Shown here in pieces: positions 58,696 through 64,000 of a stretch of 64,000 bases of DNA. Numbering within the stretch: position 1 is the stretch's first letter; each line of letters begins with the position of its first letter. This stretch comes from a virus, in IMG/VR virus record IMGVR_UViG_3300017917_003637, positions 1-64,000 of that record; one strand, 5' to 3'. The notes below the pieces were generated by a model. It was not told where the DNA came from and did not search any database. It saw only the letters and a list, made by a program, of their open reading frames with translations. A program made the position numbers and the translations under genes.

Positions 58696-59655
58696 TTATG
58701 CTTTTGTGCCGCAGTGACCGCAAAATTTGTGGTCTTTATGTAGTTTGGCACCACAGTTAGTACAATATACTTTAACTTTGATATCTTCGGCTGTGTTTAT
58801 TTTTTGAGATACTGGAAGCAATTTAGCTTCTACAGTATGAAACGCAAACCATTCAAAGTCTTTGTTTACTGTTTTGAATTTTTGGTCAGAATGTGAACCT
58901 TCTTCAACTCTACCAGTTTCTATGGATTTAGACCTCTTAGCTTTTAGGTTTTTAGTTGGTTCTGGGATTGAAAGACTATCAAAAGTAACTTCACCAGATA
59001 CGTTGCTAATAGTTGCCGATGCATTATAAAACGCGCTGGTAGAAATATCATTAGAAAAACTACTTCCTAATAAACCAGTTGTTGAATAAGTATCACCAAT
59101 TGATGCTGTGCTAGTTGTAAATGTATCACACAATGGTGTGTTAGGTGCTGTACTTGAATTGTTAACATAACCACCAGAAATTGGGCTATCGTAACGGATA
59201 ATACCTTGGTCACGATTTGGACCACCCCAAACATCTCTACCTCTAGTTAAACTACCAAATGTTAAAATTGGGTTTCTTGGTCTTGGTTTTGATTCTCGAT
59301 AGAATTGAACCTTGAAGTCACCGTTGTTAGCTATTGCTTCGCGAACTTCTTGAGTATTAGAAACTTCATAGGTGTCAAACATAAATTTTTTGGCAACATC
59401 TAAGTATCTGTCTAGAAACACACGTTGACCTGGGTTCAATACAAGACCGCCTTGTGAAATTTCGTTTCCGTTTAGTGTGATTTTAGCGAGAATAGTGTCC
59501 GTAGTTGGATTGAAAAGCTCAATCTGGAACTCTTGCCCTTTTTGTAAGTAATAAGTCGGCATATCGCCTTTTTTGTTGTAAACTTTAAGTCTACTCTTGT
59601 TCACAGCAATGTTTGCTGTTGGCGCCTTTGGCGCCACATAGTTTAATTGTTTCAT
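58696..59655 (-). CDS. beta-sandwich-like protein with Ser/Thr linker and C-terminal zinc ribbon
   Basis: C-terminal CTNCG...FCGHCG; long structured 5' leader. Confidence 0.75.
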   Translation of the reverse strand: MKQLNYVAPKAPTANIAVNKSRLKVYNKKGDMPTYYLQKGQEFQIELFNPTTDTILAKITLNGNEISQGGLVLNPGQRVFLDRYLDVAKKFMFDTYEVSNTQEVREAIANNGDFKVQFYRESKPRPRNPILTFGSLTRGRDVWGGPNRDQGIIRYDSPISGGYVNNSSTAPNTPLCDTFTTSTASIGDTYSTTGLLGSSFSNDISTSAFYNASATISNVSGEVTFDSLSIPEPTKNLKAKRSKSIETGRVEEGSHSDQKFKTVNKDFEWFAFHTVEAKLLPVSQKINTAEDIKVKVYCTNCGAKLHKDHKFCGHCGTKA

Positions 59656-59686
59656 TTTAATTAACTTTTTAATTCTTGTTATTAAT

Positions 59687-59762
59687 GTACCAATTTCTTT
59701 GTTGCCTAGACAACTCTAAAGCCTTATAAGACTCGAAACCAATACGGAGTTAACGTATATAA
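59687..59762 (-). promoter_or_regulatory. candidate structured 5' leader (three-way junction)
   Basis: On the sense strand GUAUUGGUUUC pairs with GAAAUUGGUAC and encloses two hairpins. Confidence 0.5.
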
Positions 59763-59801
59763 TATAAATATAGTAAAACTAATTTTATTTGTCAAGTGTT
59801 T

Positions 59802-60140
59802 TTATTGAAAATCTGAACCCAATTCACACAACGTTGATTGAATCTGATGCCAATAGGTGTCAGCTTGGTCTGGCATTGAATCTCCAGACATTTTTGATTT
59901 TTTAATTTGACCACTTATTTGATTCTGTTGGTGTCTTAAATTTTCTAACGGGGTGTGGATAACTTTCATTACTTTGTGTACTGTTTGTTCATCCATTCCT
60001 TTTAAAGCACCATTGACATACATCATAGCTTCTTCATAACTATCAATAGTCATTTTATTACACAATGTTTCCATTGTTTGATTCATTTCTTGACCATCAA
60101 TAAGTTGTTCTCTAAGCAATTTTTTTATAAAACTTTTCAT
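59802..60140 (-). CDS. hypothetical protein with IKKLLRE tag
   Basis: Coupled to the upstream structural gene. Confidence 0.7.
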   Translation of the reverse strand: MKSFIKKLLREQLIDGQEMNQTMETLCNKMTIDSYEEAMMYVNGALKGMDEQTVHKVMKVIHTPLENLRHQQNQISGQIKKSKMSGDSMPDQADTYWHQIQSTLCELGSDFQ

Positions 60141-61543
60141 TATTGTCCTTGTCTTAATTCTACTTGGTTTACGATATTAAATTGACAAACATTTTTAAGT
60201 GTTGTTACCTCTAAATTAGATGTTGCCAATACATCCAAGTAATAAGTGTTAGGTATAAGGCTAGCGGTATCCAATAAAAAGTAATAATAGTTGTTGGCCA
60301 TTTCAATTGGTTGGAAATCTATTACAGTTAATTCAGCGTTACCTTCTTTTACGTATAATCTATACTGTAAATCATCAATGTATTGTGTTTGTTCAACGGT
60401 GTAAGGTATTCTAGCTGAAACTATTACTCTTCTAGTGTCTCCACGTTTAATATTTTCTTGATTTCTAATACCAGATATATTTACAGCTACTTTTTTAGGT
60501 AACATATCATTGGTACCGATATTGTAATATTCCATAGAATCCTTTACAACAAAATCCAATGATATGTCTGGTCTAGTAACACCGTTAATAAGAATGTCTG
60601 TCCATACATCGTTGTACATTGTTTCTATATTGTTATCTGTAGGAACAATAATATCGATACTGTAAACACCCTTGGTTACATGAGTGACATCTGAAGAGGT
60701 ATAAGCGCTAAAGAAATCACCATTGTAATCATATACATTTACTGATGGTATTTGGTCCAAATTAGCTGGATTTCCAGCAAGATTTACGTAAAGGTATAGT
60801 TTGTTATTCTTATCTAAGAAAAAGTTGTTCCTATCGTCTTTAATGTGGTTTTCGTACACGGTTTCAACATATGGTTCGTAGAATGTTTGAGTATTGTTTG
60901 TAAAGAACCCAACATATTGTAATGCAGTTGTGTTAATCAACTCGTAACCTCTGGCAAAAGCGATACCAAGACCATAGTTTGTATCTCCAGTAAGGACACC
61001 GTTAACATAATCGGTAATATCCATTTCAATGTTTTCGTTACCTTTGTCAAAATGTTGTGTTGTTACAGTAATACTTGATGGTGAACCAGAATAAACACCA
61101 GTCCCACCTGACCAATTAAAACCAGTTCTTGGATTAACCCAGTTTGATGGTTGAGTTGAATACAGATAATCACCGCTGGCAAGTATTGGAACTTCATAAT
61201 CATAACCAACACCATTATCCCAATCTTGATTTACTTTGAAAAGAATTAAATCAAACGATGAAGCTCTGTCTTTGGCTTCCATTGTGCCATTTAAAAGCCC
61301 AGTATCAAACGATGCTGTATTGGTTAGTCTAAGGGTATGTTTTAATTTTGAAAGGTCTGTAAATGTACCGCCAGTGTACATTTCTTTTAATTTAGTTTCA
61401 TCAAAATGGAAAATAAATCTACTGTATTTTTCAATACCGTCAAAACCACCATAAAATAACTCAGCAACTGGATTTAATCCAGTGTTAACGATTGAGTTAC
61501 TAACTATAGTGTTATTTTTATCGAAATATGTACGTATTACCAT
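60140..61543 (-). CDS. putative virion structural protein (beta-rich)
   Basis: Composition and location in a minus-strand structural operon; ATATTTAT upstream. Confidence 0.6.
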   Translation of the reverse strand: MVIRTYFDKNNTIVSNSIVNTGLNPVAELFYGGFDGIEKYSRFIFHFDETKLKEMYTGGTFTDLSKLKHTLRLTNTASFDTGLLNGTMEAKDRASSFDLILFKVNQDWDNGVGYDYEVPILASGDYLYSTQPSNWVNPRTGFNWSGGTGVYSGSPSSITVTTQHFDKGNENIEMDITDYVNGVLTGDTNYGLGIAFARGYELINTTALQYVGFFTNNTQTFYEPYVETVYENHIKDDRNNFFLDKNNKLYLYVNLAGNPANLDQIPSVNVYDYNGDFFSAYTSSDVTHVTKGVYSIDIIVPTDNNIETMYNDVWTDILINGVTRPDISLDFVVKDSMEYYNIGTNDMLPKKVAVNISGIRNQENIKRGDTRRVIVSARIPYTVEQTQYIDDLQYRLYVKEGNAELTVIDFQPIEMANNYYYFLLDTASLIPNTYYLDVLATSNLEVTTLKNVCQFNIVNQVELRQGQ

Positions 61544-61583
61544 GGTTTTGTTTTATTTATAAATATCACAAAACTTAATAAAA

Positions 61584-62576
61584 TTAGTTAATACGAACGT
61601 TTTTAGATAACATAGTTTGTTCTAATTGAGCAGCTTGTTTAGCGAAGGTCGAAACTGAAGTCTTAGGTGACAAGTCTGTTGCCACATTTCCATTACCGTT
61701 ATGCACATGTGATAAGAACGCTTCTTTAAGTAAAATAAGATAACGCAACAAAATATCACCAAACGGTACTTGATGAGCGTTTTTTAAAATATTTTCAATT
61801 TCATCATCAGAAATAGTTACATCAGCTTTTGGTACATTGAATACTGGCGACCCACCATATGTGATAAGGTTAATCTTGTTTGAAACAATGTTTGTAACAC
61901 TACCATACTTTGGTTTAGTTTGTGTTGTAGATTCTATTGGCAGTCTTACGTTGTTTCTAATTTGAATTATACCTTGAGTTTGGTTATTGAATTTTATGGC
62001 ATATGGGTTTTCATTAATGTCGTTGTTGGCTTTTTCGATAAATTTTCCAGCTCTTAGTATAATTTCATTTTTTTTCTGAGTGATATCAGTATTAAAACGA
62101 CCTTGAATCGATACGTCTTCTTTATTTGGGAACACACCTTTTAAATCTGGTATGTTAGCTACGTTAACTGGTGCTTGAAACGGTCCATAAGTAAACCCAG
62201 CCAAGGCTGTAGTCTTAGCATCATCATAGTCTAATTTTATAGGTGAAGAAATAAGAGGTCCAATGTAAAGTCTGTCAGCATTTTCTTTTTCTCTACTGAA
62301 TACAAACACAAAAACACCTTCACCAACTTTAGGTGTTATTTGAAGATGTTTTGGTAAGATAGGAATACACCATGGCAAAGCATCAACCCCTTTAGTAGTT
62401 AGCGTTTCATCATCACCACCAGTAGTGTTTGACCCTTTAACCCAAACTTTTATTCTACCGAGACCTAACGGGTCTTCAATAGATTTAACTTCACCGTACT
62501 TTAAATAATTAAACTCGGCTTTATCATCATACATTGTGGTTATACCACGGTTTAATTTATTTGACCCTGTTATCAT
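61584..62576 (-). CDS. baseplate hub/spike protein, gp5/VgrG-type OB-fold N-terminus
   Basis: GEVKSIEDPLGLGRIKV...LPWC.P...PKVGE.V; C-terminal H-x-H (SHVH). Confidence 0.7.
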   Translation of the reverse strand: MITGSNKLNRGITTMYDDKAEFNYLKYGEVKSIEDPLGLGRIKVWVKGSNTTGGDDETLTTKGVDALPWCIPILPKHLQITPKVGEGVFVFVFSREKENADRLYIGPLISSPIKLDYDDAKTTALAGFTYGPFQAPVNVANIPDLKGVFPNKEDVSIQGRFNTDITQKKNEIILRAGKFIEKANNDINENPYAIKFNNQTQGIIQIRNNVRLPIESTTQTKPKYGSVTNIVSNKINLITYGGSPVFNVPKADVTISDDEIENILKNAHQVPFGDILLRYLILLKEAFLSHVHNGNGNVATDLSPKTSVSTFAKQAAQLEQTMLSKNVRIN

Positions 62577-62755
62577 TTTTCCCCTTTAAGTCTTTTTAAT
62601 ATAATACTGTTGGCTACAGCAAATCTTTTTTCTATTTCAACCATTTTATCATAATCTTGAAGCATTTTAAGTTTAATTGCTTCATAGTCGGCTTCCATTT
62701 GTTTTATTTCAAATAGAATTTCGTTGTTTGATTTTTCTTCTAATTCTTCGTTCAT
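62573..62755 (-). CDS. small coiled-coil protein
   Basis: Coupled ORF. Confidence 0.65.
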   Translation of the reverse strand: MNEELEEKSNNEILFEIKQMEADYEAIKLKMLQDYDKMVEIEKRFAVANSIILKRLKGEK

Positions 62756-62758
62756 ATT

Positions 62759-63214
62759 TTATCTAATTATACCGTCACCGATGGCAAATGATGTTGTCAC
62801 ACCCATTGATACTACTGGAAACCCTAAGTTACCTGTTCCTACAGTAAGTACTGGTACACCTGGTGGAATTGAAACATTTACCACTGACTCTGTTAGTATT
62901 GCATTTACGATTTCTTCAATCTGGATTAACAACATGGCTTCAGATGTATTTGGACCATCACCAAATAAATTACCAACTGGAAGACCAGCTTCAGATTGTC
63001 TAGACATAATTCTAGCCGCAATTTCCTTGGCCGAAACACCAGGTCTTAATTTAGCACCAACAGTTATAAGTGGTGGTGGTAATGGTTCGACTGGTGGGTT
63101 TGGAGTTTTAAAAGCAGATAAAATTACGTTTAACACACCGCTAATAGATGAAAGATTAAAATTAGAGTCTTTGCTAGTATTGCTATCTGTAAATGTTTGT
63201 TTAATATCACTCAT
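62759..63214 (-). CDS. hypothetical structural-region protein
   Basis: Coupled ORF. Confidence 0.7.
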   Translation of the reverse strand: MSDIKQTFTDSNTSKDSNFNLSSISGVLNVILSAFKTPNPPVEPLPPPLITVGAKLRPGVSAKEIAARIMSRQSEAGLPVGNLFGDGPNTSEAMLLIQIEEIVNAILTESVVNVSIPPGVPVLTVGTGNLGFPVVSMGVTTSFAIGDGIIR

Positions 63215-64000
63215 TATAAAAACCCTTTAATCATTCTTAAGACATCTTGAGGAATACCTATAAGGCTCAACAATTGTTGTTTTTTATTTTCAAGTCTGTC
63301 AGTTATTTTAACTAGCGCGGCTTCGCCAGCTAGTTTTGTTATTTCTTTCATAGCCATTGACATCAAAAATGTAACGACTAACGTAGTTACTTCTTTAAAT
63401 AGACCAACAAATAACGCTTTATTTTGTTTTATAAAATCAACTGGTCCATTGTAATTAGCGTTTAAACCATATAGTATCTTATAATTCAATAAAAATATAA
63501 CAACCACTTTAGGTGATAATATTGCATTAGAAACAGCCTTGATTAGCGATTTGACTAACTCTGTTAAAAAACCAGCTTTTATTGTTTGCTTGTCTTGAAC
63601 GTTTGGGGTTTGGTCCGCTAGGTTATCCCCCATATTGTTTAAGCTTTCTTCTAAGGCATTTGCTTGGTCTGTAATGGTTTGTGACGTGTTTAGAGTCGCT
63701 GTTAAGTTTTCTAAATATTGAATTGGCATATTGGCATCAACAGTCGTTGATGTTCTAATTTTTATAATACCTTTTTTCCTATCATCAACTTGTGTTTGTA
63801 TTTTTGCAATTTCTTCATTTGAAAATTCAAAATAGAAATTATCTAATTCGTTGTTAACAGCAGCATTTGTTAATTTATCTATAATCGCATTAACTTCAGC
63901 TTCTTTTTGTAATTGTTTTCTAGTTTTATTAAGTGAAAACGATATCGAACCAAAAATAGTATCGATAATTCTGTTAACAATATCTTTAGCGTTTAATATC
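63214..64000 (-). CDS. hypothetical protein, 5' partial
   Basis: Frame stays open upstream of 63729 to the window edge. Confidence 0.7.
   Translation of the reverse strand, partial: ILNAKDIVNRIIDTIFGSISFSLNKTRKQLQKEAEVNAIIDKLTNAAVNNELDNFYFEFSNEEIAKIQTQVDDRKKGIIKIRTSTTVDANMPIQYLENLTATLNTSQTITDQANALEESLNNMGDNLADQTPNVQDKQTIKAGFLTELVKSLIKAVSNAILSPKVVVIFLLNYKILYGLNANYNGPVDFIKQNKALFVGLFKEVTTLVVTFLMSMAMKEITKLAGEAALVKITDRLENKKQQLLSLIGIPQDVLRMIKGFL

Larger units (their letters stand above)
11829..61566. promoter_or_regulatory. recurrent ATATTTAT upstream motif (putative phage late promoter)
   Basis: Sense-strand copies upstream of starts: + at 11829 (GTATTTAT variant), 17435, 25058, 25475, 26263, 28924, 37123, 37682, 40398, 47641, 51828, 53760, 54566, 57845; - at 17426, 22580, 24423, 31437, 59764, 61559. 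Confidence 0.7.

Noticed and set aside
1-64000. Alternative genetic code (stop-codon reassignment)
   Set aside because: Core genes (terL, portal, capsid, clpC, thyA) are intact in the standard code and the only tRNA is Tyr(GTA), not a suppressor.

Overview
This is a 64-kb segment of a large, AT-rich, T4-like (gp17/gp20/gp21/gp22/gp23) tailed phage genome. The host is most likely a Bacteroidota, inferred from many TTTG-N19/20-TAnnTTTG promoters and the lack of Shine-Dalgarno motifs. It has three zones. (1) 1-11.4 kb is a unidirectional array of about 24 small early genes, nearly each with its own host-type promoter, an AACCAATTAA leader and a terminator, plus tRNA-Tyr and a candidate structured RNA. 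(2) 11.4-11.85 kb is a non-coding junction with a G-quadruplex-like tract and four ~50-bp repeats, where strand composition and promoter type both change. (3) 11.85-64 kb holds accessory, metabolic and structural genes (PcfJ-like family, ArdC-metallopeptidase, nucleotidyltransferase, Trx, ABC-ATPase/GNAT, ClpC, ThyA, DUF285, head module, baseplate genes), many preceded by a second motif, ATATTTAT. The most notable inferred system is that about ten otherwise unrelated proteins share a terminal I-K/R-x-L/I-L-R/K-E tag ending in a gp21-type L-x-E cleavage site. This suggests a general capsid-loading signal for a cargo of injected effectors, alongside head polyproteins built of small modules separated by the same sites. 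Two genes appear joined by -1 slippage at T9 and A10 runs. Product calls come from motif recognition by eye; no database search was run.
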